Shown piece after piece: positions 18,269 through 26,108 of a stretch of 33,578 nucleotides of DNA (position 1 is its first letter; each line of letters opens with the position of its first letter). The position numbers were made by a program, and so were the translations under genes. The notes below the pieces were generated by a model. The model saw only the letters and a list, made by a program, of their open reading frames with translations. It had not been told where the DNA came from and ran no database searches. Source of the DNA: a virus (Duplodnaviria; Caudoviricetes); the IMG/VR virus record IMGVR_UViG_3300043409_001183, positions 1 through 33,578 of that record; one strand, given 5' to 3'.

Positions 18269-19593
18269 ATGTACTCTCACTATTTGACGGCATGAGCTGC
18301 GGGCGCGTAGCCTTAGAGCGTTGCGGCTTTAATATCAATAACTACTATGCTGCTGAGATTGACAAGTACGCTATTCAAGTAGCGCTCAACAACTACCCCG
18401 ATACTATACCGATAGGCGACGTCACTAAGGTTAAAGCCAAAGACCTAGGGCCTATCGACTTATTAATAGGCGGGTCGCCCTGCCAAGGTTTTAGCTTTGC
18501 GGGCAAGCAATTGAATTTTGGGGACCCTAGAAGTATGTTATTCTTTGAGTTCGTGCGCTTGCTTAAAGACTGCAAACCTAAATACTTTTTTCTTGAAAAT
18601 GTAGTAATGAAAAAAGAATACCAAGACGTAATCAGTAAATACTTAGGCGTTGAGCCTATAATGCTTAATAGCTCGCTCGTATCGGCGCAAAGCCGTAAGC
18701 GTTTATACTGGACTAATATACCGGGCTATACGCCGCCTGAGGATAAAGGTATCCTCTTGAAAAACATCGTGCACGAGAACTGCGAGACTTTTAAAGACAA
18801 GTCGCAAACACTATTAGCAACTATGTTTAAAGAAAACGCTAAGTCAATGGTTAAGAGAAACAAAGCAGGGCTTATAGTTAATTCGTTTAATATAAACCCA
18901 AGCGGTAAAGGCATGAACGGCTTAGTGCAGAGCACCCAAAAAGAAAAGCTTAATTGCCTTACAACTAATAAGGGGGAGGGGCAGAAGATAGGTACTGAAC
19001 TAAACAGCTATATAGTACCCTTCGATAAAACCCTGCAAATACTCGACAAAGAGGTTGCAAGGGGTAAAGTTGGATATTTTAGAAAAGACAGCCAAGCAAA
19101 TAGGGTTTATTATATTCACGATAAAGCCGTGACGTTATGCGGAGACGCAGGAGGCGGAGCGGCTAAGATGGGTCAGTATTTGTTTGGCGAGGTTATGAGT
19201 GTCAGGGATATATCCCGAGGGGATAAAATAGATGGGGGTGCACTTTTTAAAGATGACGACAAAAGTCACACGCTTACAACTCGCCCGGATCATATGGGTT
19301 TACTTTTCGGTTGCATAACGCCCGACCGAATAGACAAACGCCAAAACGGTCAACGTTTTAACGACGGAACAAAGTTCTACACCCTGACGGCGCAAGACCG
19401 CCACGGTATATTAATCGAGGGCTATATCCGTAAGCTCACACCTATTGAGTGCGAACGCTTGCAAACTTTGCCTGACAACTACACGGCGGGAGTCAGCAAC
19501 TCACAACGATATAAAATGTTAGGCAACGGCTGGACGGTCGACGCCGTTTGCGAGTTCTTTAAACACTTACCAAAAGACATGGATCTATTTTAA
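18265..19593 (+). CDS. DNA (cytosine-5)-methyltransferase with an expanded variable region
   Basis: LSLFDG (I), GGSPCQGFS (IV), LENV (VI), Q.RKRLYW (VIII), ECERLQ (IX), LGNGW (X). Confidence 0.93.
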   Translation: MNVLSLFDGMSCGRVALERCGFNINNYYAAEIDKYAIQVALNNYPDTIPIGDVTKVKAKDLGPIDLLIGGSPCQGFSFAGKQLNFGDPRSMLFFEFVRLLKDCKPKYFFLENVVMKKEYQDVISKYLGVEPIMLNSSLVSAQSRKRLYWTNIPGYTPPEDKGILLKNIVHENCETFKDKSQTLLATMFKENAKSMVKRNKAGLIVNSFNINPSGKGMNGLVQSTQKEKLNCLTTNKGEGQKIGTELNSYIVPFDKTLQILDKEVARGKVGYFRKDSQANRVYYIHDKAVTLCGDAGGGAAKMGQYLFGEVMSVRDISRGDKIDGGALFKDDDKSHTLTTRPDHMGLLFGCITPDRIDKRQNGQRFNDGTKFYTLTAQDRHGILIEGYIRKLTPIECERLQTLPDNYTAGVSNSQRYKMLGNGWTVDAVCEFFKHLPKDMDLF

Positions 19594-19595
19594 TT

Positions 19596-20975
19596 ATGGC
19601 AAACTTTAGACCGCATAACTACCAGCTTAAAACCGTTGAGTTTATTATCGACAACACGCACGCAGGCATCTTTGCTGAGATGGGGACGGGCAAGACCGTC
19701 TCTACTCTTACGGCTATCAATCAATTAATGTTCGAAGACTTCGAAATCAATAGCGTTTTAATCGTAGCGCCTAAGCGCGTCGCTGAGGTTGTCTGGTCCG
19801 ACGAGGTCGCCAAGTGGGCGCACCTTAAAAACTTAACTATCTCAAAGATAACGGGCACGGAGAAGCAACGCCGCGCAGCCTTAGCCGTTAAGGCCTCTAT
19901 CCACATAGTGAGCCGTGACTTAATCGCGTGGCTAGTCGGCGAGTTTGGGGGCTCAAAGCTCCCGTTCGATATGCTGGTAATCGACGAGAGTAGCTCTTTT
20001 AAAAATCATGCGTCAGTAAGGTTCAAAGCTCTTAAAGCAGTGCAGGCTTCATTCTCTCGCGTCGTCCTGCTGACGGGCACGCCAGCGCCTAATGGCCTTA
20101 TTGATTTGTGGCCGCAGATATGGCTGCTAGACCGAGGCGAGCGCCTAGGCAAAACGATAACGTTCTACCGTACAAACTACTTTTCGAAAAAGTATAGCGG
20201 CTTCGGCTATGAGCCCAACGCCGAGGCGGACGAACGGATCCACTCGAAAATAAAAGATATATGTATGAGCCTTAAGTCCGAAGACTATCTCGAGCTACCC
20301 GAGCGTATCGACACTTTTATTAATGTAGTCCTACCACCAGCGATCAAAGAAAAGTACGACGACTTTGAACGCGATAGGGTTCTCGAGCTGCTAGCCTCTG
20401 AGGGCGAAGAGATCGCGGCGATGAACGCGGCGGCGCTCAGTAATAAGCTGCTACAATTCGCAGGCGGTGCGGTTTACGACGAGGAGCGCAACGTCCACGA
20501 GGTGCACGCCTGCAAGCTGGACGCCTGCGAGGAGTTCATCGAGGAGGCGAACGGTAAGCCCGTATTCATTGCGTACAGCTACAAGCACGAGCTCGAGCGC
20601 TTGCTCGTTAAGCTTAAGAAGTACAAACCCGTAAAGCTCGAGACTCAGCAGCATATAAAGGACTGGAACGCTGGTAAGATCCAAGTAATGCTCGCACACC
20701 CTGCCAGCGCCTCACACGGGCTTAACTTGCAGGAGGGGCACACGCTGGCGTTATGGTTTAGCCTTAACTGGTCGCTCGAGCTATACCAGCAATTTAATAA
20801 AAGACTTCACAGACAAGGCCGAAAATACCCCGTAGTTATAGGCCACTTAATCGCGCAGGGCACAGAGGACGAGACGGTTAAAAAAGCGCTCGACCGCAAA
20901 GGCGACACGCAAAATATTTTAATGGAGGCAGTCAAAGCGAAAGTCGATAAATACAAAAAAAATTTTAAACCCTAA
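19596..20975 (+). CDS. SNF2-family helicase
   Basis: MGTGKT, VIDESS, LTGTP, HGLNLQ and Q...RLHRQG motifs. Confidence 0.93.
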   Translation: MANFRPHNYQLKTVEFIIDNTHAGIFAEMGTGKTVSTLTAINQLMFEDFEINSVLIVAPKRVAEVVWSDEVAKWAHLKNLTISKITGTEKQRRAALAVKASIHIVSRDLIAWLVGEFGGSKLPFDMLVIDESSSFKNHASVRFKALKAVQASFSRVVLLTGTPAPNGLIDLWPQIWLLDRGERLGKTITFYRTNYFSKKYSGFGYEPNAEADERIHSKIKDICMSLKSEDYLELPERIDTFINVVLPPAIKEKYDDFERDRVLELLASEGEEIAAMNAAALSNKLLQFAGGAVYDEERNVHEVHACKLDACEEFIEEANGKPVFIAYSYKHELERLLVKLKKYKPVKLETQQHIKDWNAGKIQVMLAHPASASHGLNLQEGHTLALWFSLNWSLELYQQFNKRLHRQGRKYPVVIGHLIAQGTEDETVKKALDRKGDTQNILMEAVKAKVDKYKKNFKP

Positions 20976-21043
20976 GACTATGAAGTAGACAGACCAAAAA
21001 ACAACAAAGCTAAAATTATTGATCTGGGGAGGTCAGCTTTTTA

Positions 21044-21083
21044 AACCAACGTAAGAATAACAGTACTACGTTGGTTATTTTTA
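21044..21083 (+). terminator. Intrinsic terminator ending the replication operon
   Basis: AACCAACGTA...TACGTTGGTT stem followed by ATTTTT. Confidence 0.7.
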
Positions 21084-21100
21084 TGTTTATTTGCAAAAAA

Positions 21101-21143
21101 GTATAAAAATGTATTGTATATATCAAATTAAGTTTTATATTTG
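21101..21143 (+). promoter_or_regulatory. Promoter (TATATTTG 21136-21143) with two tandem operators
   Basis: GTATAAAAA-TGT-ATTGTATAT (21101) and ATATCAAAT-TAA-GTTTTATAT (21120). Confidence 0.7.
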
Positions 21144-21176
21144 TACTCAGATAACAACAAACAAAATATAGAACTT

Positions 21177-21389
21177 ATGACACTTACTCAAGTAATTAGC
21201 AAAGCGGAAAAAGGAAATGTTTTAGTAGCAGAATCTTTAAACGGTCAGTACTTATTCAGCAAAAATGGTAAAAAGGGTTCAGCTTGGTTAGATAATGGCG
21301 TTTTTGATCTAGCTCAAAAAATACATTCTGACGAGGATAGCTCTTGGGCAAAAAATATGAACGATTTGTTTAAATACCTTTCAAAATAA
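21177..21389 (+). CDS. Hypothetical protein
   Basis: ATG 21177 in an A-rich context after the promoter. Confidence 0.75.
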   Translation: MTLTQVISKAEKGNVLVAESLNGQYLFSKNGKKGSAWLDNGVFDLAQKIHSDEDSSWAKNMNDLFKYLSK

Positions 21390-21442
21390 TGAGAGTGGAG
21401 TTTACAGCAGTTACTCGATTAGGCGAAAAAATAACGAGTAAC

Positions 21443-21910
21443 GTCCTGCGGCTATGCGATGGTCGGGAAAAATAAAAAACCGAACTTCAAATTTAGCCAA
21501 TTAATAACAAATACAAACTATTAATTAAATTAAAAACCGAAACCCGACTATTGTATAACCGCTGTTATGGTGCGTTGTGGGTCGTTAAACGAAAAACGCG
21601 TTATGAAAACAAATTTTTGCATTAAAAAAGAAAGAGCTGTAGTAGACTATATAGTATTTACAGAAGAAGAGTTTAAAAAAGCATTATTGGTAAATAGACC
21701 GAAAAACATTTTTAATACTCTTTATTCAACTAAAAAACCTTGCTGGATTATTACTGAATATTTAGAAAACGAAAGGGTTAAATATTATGCTAACGGATGG
21801 GCGCACAAAGAACCTGTTGAGGAAAAAATATCAAACATATATGTTAGTTGGAAAAATCAAGGTCTAAGAGAATGTTATTTTGAAAACGGAGATTAATAAT
21901 GCACCATAAC
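21443..21910. mobile_element. Integron gene-cassette-like element (attC-like site plus one ORF)
   Basis: TAAC at both junctions. Arms 21448-21467 and 21543-21562 are inverted (16/20, 3 of the 4 differences G.T). Core GTTATGGTGC (21564-21573) is the exact reverse complement of GCACCATAAC (21901-21910). Confidence 0.8.
21603..21896 (+). CDS. Cassette-borne hypothetical protein (AT-rich)
   Basis: 97 aa from ATG 21603; stop 4 nt before the inverse core site. Confidence 0.75.
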   Translation: MKTNFCIKKERAVVDYIVFTEEEFKKALLVNRPKNIFNTLYSTKKPCWIITEYLENERVKYYANGWAHKEPVEEKISNIYVSWKNQGLRECYFENGD

Positions 21911-22011
21911 TGCATTATTCAAAAAGAAATAAATAACGATCTTTTAATCTACCTAAACGTAAAAGGCTACTGGAAGTTAGTAAAAAACGAAACTTTAGAA
22001 ATCAAAACACT

Positions 22012-22098
22012 ATGAAAAAATCAGAAAAGTATCTACTATTATGTATCGCGGTCGCGGCGGCAGTTGTCGCGGCATTATTAACCAATTATCAACACTAA
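22012..22098 (+). CDS. 28-aa single-helix membrane peptide (MKKSEKYLLLCIAVAAAVVAALLTNYQH)
   Basis: Read manually; fills the gap between the interrupted gene and 22103. Confidence 0.6.
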   Translation: MKKSEKYLLLCIAVAAAVVAALLTNYQH

Positions 22099-22102
22099 GA
22101 CC

Positions 22103-22525
22103 ATGAGCTCAGAAAACACGCAGGAGATAAACGCGCAGTGCCCTAAATGCTTCACGATGTGCAACGAAAAGGATGTCGACTATGACAGCAAGCACTGCAA
22201 AATCTGCAAGCCTAAAACGGCGACGGATCGCCTAGCCGAAGAACTAGAAAAGTTCGAGAACGGCGCACAGCGCTACGACTCGCAAGCCTCGTTCGCTGCA
22301 GCTCTTAACTCGTTATCTCACGGCCTCGGGGTTTACGCCGTACTAGATAACACGCTGCGCCGAGTAGCCCTGCTGAACCAGGCAAACCAAGAGCTCGCAA
22401 AGAAGCTAAAAGGGGTGCGCAGCTTTTACGGGGGCCTGCTTGGAGATCTACAAGAAACCCGCCGAGCGCTGCAAGCCGAAAAAGCAATATTAATCGAAAA
22501 ACTTAAAAAACATGAACATATTTAA
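22103..22525 (+). CDS. Hypothetical protein with an N-terminal Zn ribbon and coiled coil
   Basis: CPKC...CKIC. Confidence 0.75.
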   Translation: MSSENTQEINAQCPKCFTMCNEKDVDYDSKHCKICKPKTATDRLAEELEKFENGAQRYDSQASFAAALNSLSHGLGVYAVLDNTLRRVALLNQANQELAKKLKGVRSFYGGLLGDLQETRRALQAEKAILIEKLKKHEHI

Positions 22526-22730
22526 AAGAAAAAGCCGCGCCGAGATCCTAGACGCGATTATAGACGACACGCTTAAAAACCTGCTAATTTTAGACCTAAC
22601 TAACGCCGAACTGGCGACGGTTATTAACAGCCTGCATGATCAAGGGCTGGACGTCTTAGAGAGAAGAGCCGAGGAGCTCGAGAACGAACTAAACCAAACC
22701 GTCGCGGCCATCGCGTCGTTTAATCAATAA
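22512..22730 (+). CDS. Hypothetical protein
   Basis: 72 aa helical ORF overlapping the previous gene. Confidence 0.7.
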   Translation: MNIFKRKSRAEILDAIIDDTLKNLLILDLTNAELATVINSLHDQGLDVLERRAEELENELNQTVAAIASFNQ

Positions 22731-22734
22731 AGTT

Positions 22735-22956
22735 ATGCAGTATCTACACGCGGCCCACGGGCAAGGAGTTTGGAGGCTTAAAAAAGCAAAACCCCAGCCG
22801 ACTAAAGAGGAGCTAACTATAAGCATTAACGCAAAAATTAAGACTAGCAGGTCCGCCATGGTGGCCAAATTAAGAAGCCTAGGGGCTACCCGAGTTAAGG
22901 AACTGGACGTAAAACATTATTACGAATTTAAGAAATATATTGACTCTTTGCCCTAA
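22735..22956 (+). CDS. Hypothetical protein, C-terminus similar to the ORF at 9989
   Basis: RSAMVAKLRSLGATRVKELDVKHYYEFKKYIDSL vs REAIIAKFKTLDAKGISSLDEKHYAEYYNFLAGL. Confidence 0.75.
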   Translation: MQYLHAAHGQGVWRLKKAKPQPTKEELTISINAKIKTSRSAMVAKLRSLGATRVKELDVKHYYEFKKYIDSLP

Positions 22957-22983
22957 AGTAAGAAAACTCCACACCTAAAAATG

Positions 22984-23006
22984 AACCGCCCTCGAGGCGG
23001 TTTTTT
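22984..23006 (+). terminator. Intrinsic terminator
   Basis: AACCGCC-CTCGA-GGCGGTT plus T-run; same stem as at 9203. Confidence 0.9.
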
Positions 23007-23032
23007 ATCTTTAAGGCAGATCGTAGACAAAA

Positions 23033-23349
23033 CGTAAACAAGAAAACCCGAAAATAAACAAGGCTTGTTTCTTGCCGAGCCCAACGAACGCAAGGGCTGC
23101 AAGGGTTATAAACTAATAAACAATATAATTAATAAGATAATAAGAATAATAAATATATAGTAATAGTATTACATAAGTATATAATATATACACATAAAAC
23201 GCATACACCGCACAAAACGCGTTATAACCTTTAGAAAACGCTGTTTTTATTGTTTCTTTGTTTCTACTAGCCCTAAAAGCCTAAAAATCAATTAATTACA
23301 ATTTATTTCAATTTTAATCTTGTTTCTGTATTGTTTCTGTATTGTTTAT
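23033..23349. repeat. Origin-like element copy 2
   Basis: Homologous to 9233-9500; ends in a triple TTGTTT(C/A) repeat. Confidence 0.75.
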
Positions 23350-23363
23350 AGGCCCCACCTCCG

Positions 23364-23371
23364 TATATTTG
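23364..23371 (+). promoter_or_regulatory. TAnnTTTG -7 element
   Basis: TATATTTG 20 nt before ATG 23392. Confidence 0.6.
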
Positions 23372-23391
23372 CTGAAATATATAGTAATTTT

Positions 23392-23742
23392 ATGAAGACT
23401 TATACAGCAAGAGAGGCAACCGAGATTACAGGCGTTAAGGCTATGCGTTTTTTAGATTTCCAAGATAGGGGGCTGATCACGCCCGTAATTGAAAACGGGA
23501 CGGCCTGCTATACCCTAGAGGGGCTCAGAAAATTAGCAGAGTTAAAACAGCTGGCTCTATCCCCTAGGCCTGTCTATCCTTCGGCTGAGTACGTGAGGGC
23601 CTCAGAGGCTATGGATATTTTAGACGTGAGCCGTAGGACTTTTTACAAAAGGGTTAATTTAGGGCAAATAGAGCTGCACAAAAAAGGCAGGTTGTCCTAT
23701 GTAAAAAAAGCCGATTTATACGCTAGCGATGAGTTATTTTAA
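23392..23742 (+). CDS. Double winged-HTH protein (MerR-like plus excisionase-like HTH)
   Basis: YTAREATEITGV...RGLITP and EAMDILDVSRRTFYKRV..G.I patterns. Confidence 0.75.
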   Translation: MKTYTAREATEITGVKAMRFLDFQDRGLITPVIENGTACYTLEGLRKLAELKQLALSPRPVYPSAEYVRASEAMDILDVSRRTFYKRVNLGQIELHKKGRLSYVKKADLYASDELF

Positions 23743-23754
23743 TATCTTTGCGGT

Positions 23755-24246
23755 ATGAAGTACACACCAGCCGAAAAACTAGCAGGATTTAAAAAGGTTC
23801 TCAAAGCCGTTGAGGACGGAGAGCCGCTGCGTAATGTTTTGATGAGAGGCGACGCGATAGGTAAGCGGGTTTTTTACGACATGATCCGAGAGAGCGAGGA
23901 GCTTCGCGCACAATACGCGCACGCGAAAGAGATCGCCGCCGAAATGCTTTTCGACCGCATGCTCGAGATAGCAGAGAATCCCCAAGAGGGGCAAACGATA
24001 CAAGACGGGCCCAACGGCGTGACTATTACCTCGGCGGATATGCTCGGGCACCGCAGGCTCTTAATTGATACGATTAAGTGGCGGCTATCCAAAGAAGCGC
24101 CGAAAAAATACGGAGACAAGCTCGACCTCACTAGCGGCGACAAGCCCCTGCTGGCGCCAGTTATCGGCATGATTATAAAAAACGAACTACCGGAGGCCGA
24201 AGAGACTCAAAACTTGCAAGACGATGAGTTCGGCGATCTCGATTGA
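23755..24246 (+). CDS. terS: Terminase small subunit
   Basis: YAHAKE...LEIAE...HRRLLIDTIKWRLSKEAPKKYGDK is typical of Sf6-like TerS; overlaps terL. Confidence 0.88.
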   Translation: MKYTPAEKLAGFKKVLKAVEDGEPLRNVLMRGDAIGKRVFYDMIRESEELRAQYAHAKEIAAEMLFDRMLEIAENPQEGQTIQDGPNGVTITSADMLGHRRLLIDTIKWRLSKEAPKKYGDKLDLTSGDKPLLAPVIGMIIKNELPEAEETQNLQDDEFGDLD

Positions 24247-25564
24247 ATTTAACACCCGAGGCAACGACAAGCAGCTCGAGGTCGCTAGACACTGGCTGGA
24301 CCCCGAAGTCTCAGACATCGCCTACGGCGGATCCAAGGGCTCGGGCAAGTCCTACCTCGGGGCCTCTTTGATTTTAGGAGACGCGCTGATCTACGCAGGG
24401 ACTCACTACTTTATCGCCCGTAAAAAGCTCAACGATTTACGAAAATACACCCAGCCTACAATCGTTGAGGTTTTAACCGACTGGGGGCTCGACGAGCGCT
24501 ACTACTCGTTTAACGGACAAGATAACTACTACACACTTTACAACGGCTCAAAGGTCTTTTTACTCGAAGCCGCATACTTACCAACCGACCCCGACTTCGA
24601 GCGCTTCGGATCTATTCAGATGACGCGGGGCTGGATCGAAGAGGCGGGAGAGCTGCACCCAAAGGCTAAGGCAATGCTCCAAGGAACGATCGGACGCTGG
24701 AAAAATGATTTTTATAATTTACCGGGTAAATTGCTCGTAACCCTCAACCCCTCAAAGAATTTTGTCTATGAGGACTACTACCTCGCCAACAAAGAGGGTC
24801 GACTGCCTCACTATCGTAAGTTCGTCCAGGCGTTGCCGACTGATAACAAAATGCTACCTAAAAACTACATTCGTGACTTAATGCGAGCCCTTAAAGGCGA
24901 CGAAAAGTCGATTAAGCGTTTAGTTTATGGCGACTGGGAGTTCGACGACAACCCCTATTCGATGTACGAGTACGACCACATTTGCAACTTGTTTACAAAT
25001 AGTTTTGTTAAGGCGCAGGGCTCTAAGTACATGACGGCCGACATCGCCTACATGGGCGCCGACATTTTTACGGTTTTTATCTGGCACGGTTTTAGGGTCG
25101 TGAAGACGTACGGCATTGACAAAATAGACGAGACGGCGATAGGTACCGAGCTAAAAGAGCTCGCCGAAGAGCACCGCGTGCCCTTTTCGAATATCGCCTA
25201 CGACGCCGACGGCTTGCGAAAGTTCACGGCGAACAGCCTTAGCAAGCTAACAGCCGCAAAGCCGTTTATCAATAACGCCGCCGCGATCAAAGACAAGCAG
25301 TACAAAAATCTCAAAACCGAGTGCGCCTTTATGCTTAAAGAATACCTCGAGAAAGGTTTAATTTTTATCGAGGACCTCAGCTTCAAACGTCAAATTATGA
25401 GCGATCTCGAGCAAATTTGCCGAGAGCCAACCGACGACGAGGGCAAGATCAAACTAGAGAGCAAAAAAGAGCTTAAGAAACGCACGGGGCGCTCGCCCGA
25501 TTGGTTCGACGCCTTGATAATGCGTTTTATTTTTGAACTAAAAACCGCGCCAAAATGGGACTAA
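24224..25564 (+). CDS. terL: Terminase large subunit
   Basis: YGGSKGSGKS (Walker A), WIEEAGE (Walker B), TLNP, DIA nuclease Asp, SPDWFDAL. Confidence 0.93.
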   Translation: MSSAISIEFNTRGNDKQLEVARHWLDPEVSDIAYGGSKGSGKSYLGASLILGDALIYAGTHYFIARKKLNDLRKYTQPTIVEVLTDWGLDERYYSFNGQDNYYTLYNGSKVFLLEAAYLPTDPDFERFGSIQMTRGWIEEAGELHPKAKAMLQGTIGRWKNDFYNLPGKLLVTLNPSKNFVYEDYYLANKEGRLPHYRKFVQALPTDNKMLPKNYIRDLMRALKGDEKSIKRLVYGDWEFDDNPYSMYEYDHICNLFTNSFVKAQGSKYMTADIAYMGADIFTVFIWHGFRVVKTYGIDKIDETAIGTELKELAEEHRVPFSNIAYDADGLRKFTANSLSKLTAAKPFINNAAAIKDKQYKNLKTECAFMLKEYLEKGLIFIEDLSFKRQIMSDLEQICREPTDDEGKIKLESKKELKKRTGRSPDWFDALIMRFIFELKTAPKWD

Positions 25565-26106
25565 AAACAAAGATCCGCAACGCCTTAAAACGCCCGACGA
25601 AAAAAGAGGCGGCTATAATCCGCCACGACGACGCGCTGGCTAAATTCCTGCAGCTCGGTATCACACCCGAGCAAATAGTCGACAAGATCAACGCTTTTGA
25701 CTGGCTGGACCTGCAAGAAGCCAAGAGCGAAAACGAGCTCGCAGCTATAACGCTACGCTTTTACGAGAGCTTTAGCATCGAGAGCCCGCCAGCTTTTCGG
25801 GGCATAATCTTAAAAGCTTTTACACATAAATTCGTCGAGGCGATAAAGTACGTCCGTGAAGCAATCGAGCACGTGAACGCCTCTTATAACATCGAGGGCA
25901 GCTCTAAGGGCTTCCAGAATGACGTCGTTAATAAATTTTATTATATAAGCTACTGGGCGGATAAAAAGGCTATCCCCGTAAACTTCAACGAGAAGCGACA
26001 AGAAAAAAGAGAGCTTTTTAACCTCGATACAATTATTTTATCTATCTTAGCCGATAAATTAAACGCGTTCAACGAGTACGAGCGCAACAAACCGAAAAAA
26101 AAATAG
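25555..26106 (+). CDS. Hypothetical protein (possible tail assembly chaperone)
   Basis: Position at the head of the neck/tail genes; ends on an A9 run. Confidence 0.6.
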   Translation: MGLKTKIRNALKRPTKKEAAIIRHDDALAKFLQLGITPEQIVDKINAFDWLDLQEAKSENELAAITLRFYESFSIESPPAFRGIILKAFTHKFVEAIKYVREAIEHVNASYNIEGSSKGFQNDVVNKFYYISYWADKKAIPVNFNEKRQEKRELFNLDTIILSILADKLNAFNEYERNKPKKK

Positions 26107-26108
26107 CT

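Larger units (their letters stand above)
21389..22015 (+). pseudogene. 52-aa gene interrupted by the cassette-like insertion (halves 21389-21442 and 21911-22015)
   Basis: Removing 21443-21910 restores an open frame coupled by TAATG upstream and ATGA downstream. Confidence 0.8.

Noticed and set aside
20980-21054. ATG AAG TAG followed by 21 open codons, suggesting amber read-through or recoding with the odd tRNA
   Set aside because: TAG is used as a normal stop at 8801, 10441 and 26106, and the tRNA-like loop has no CUA anticodon. At most a tiny gene remnant.
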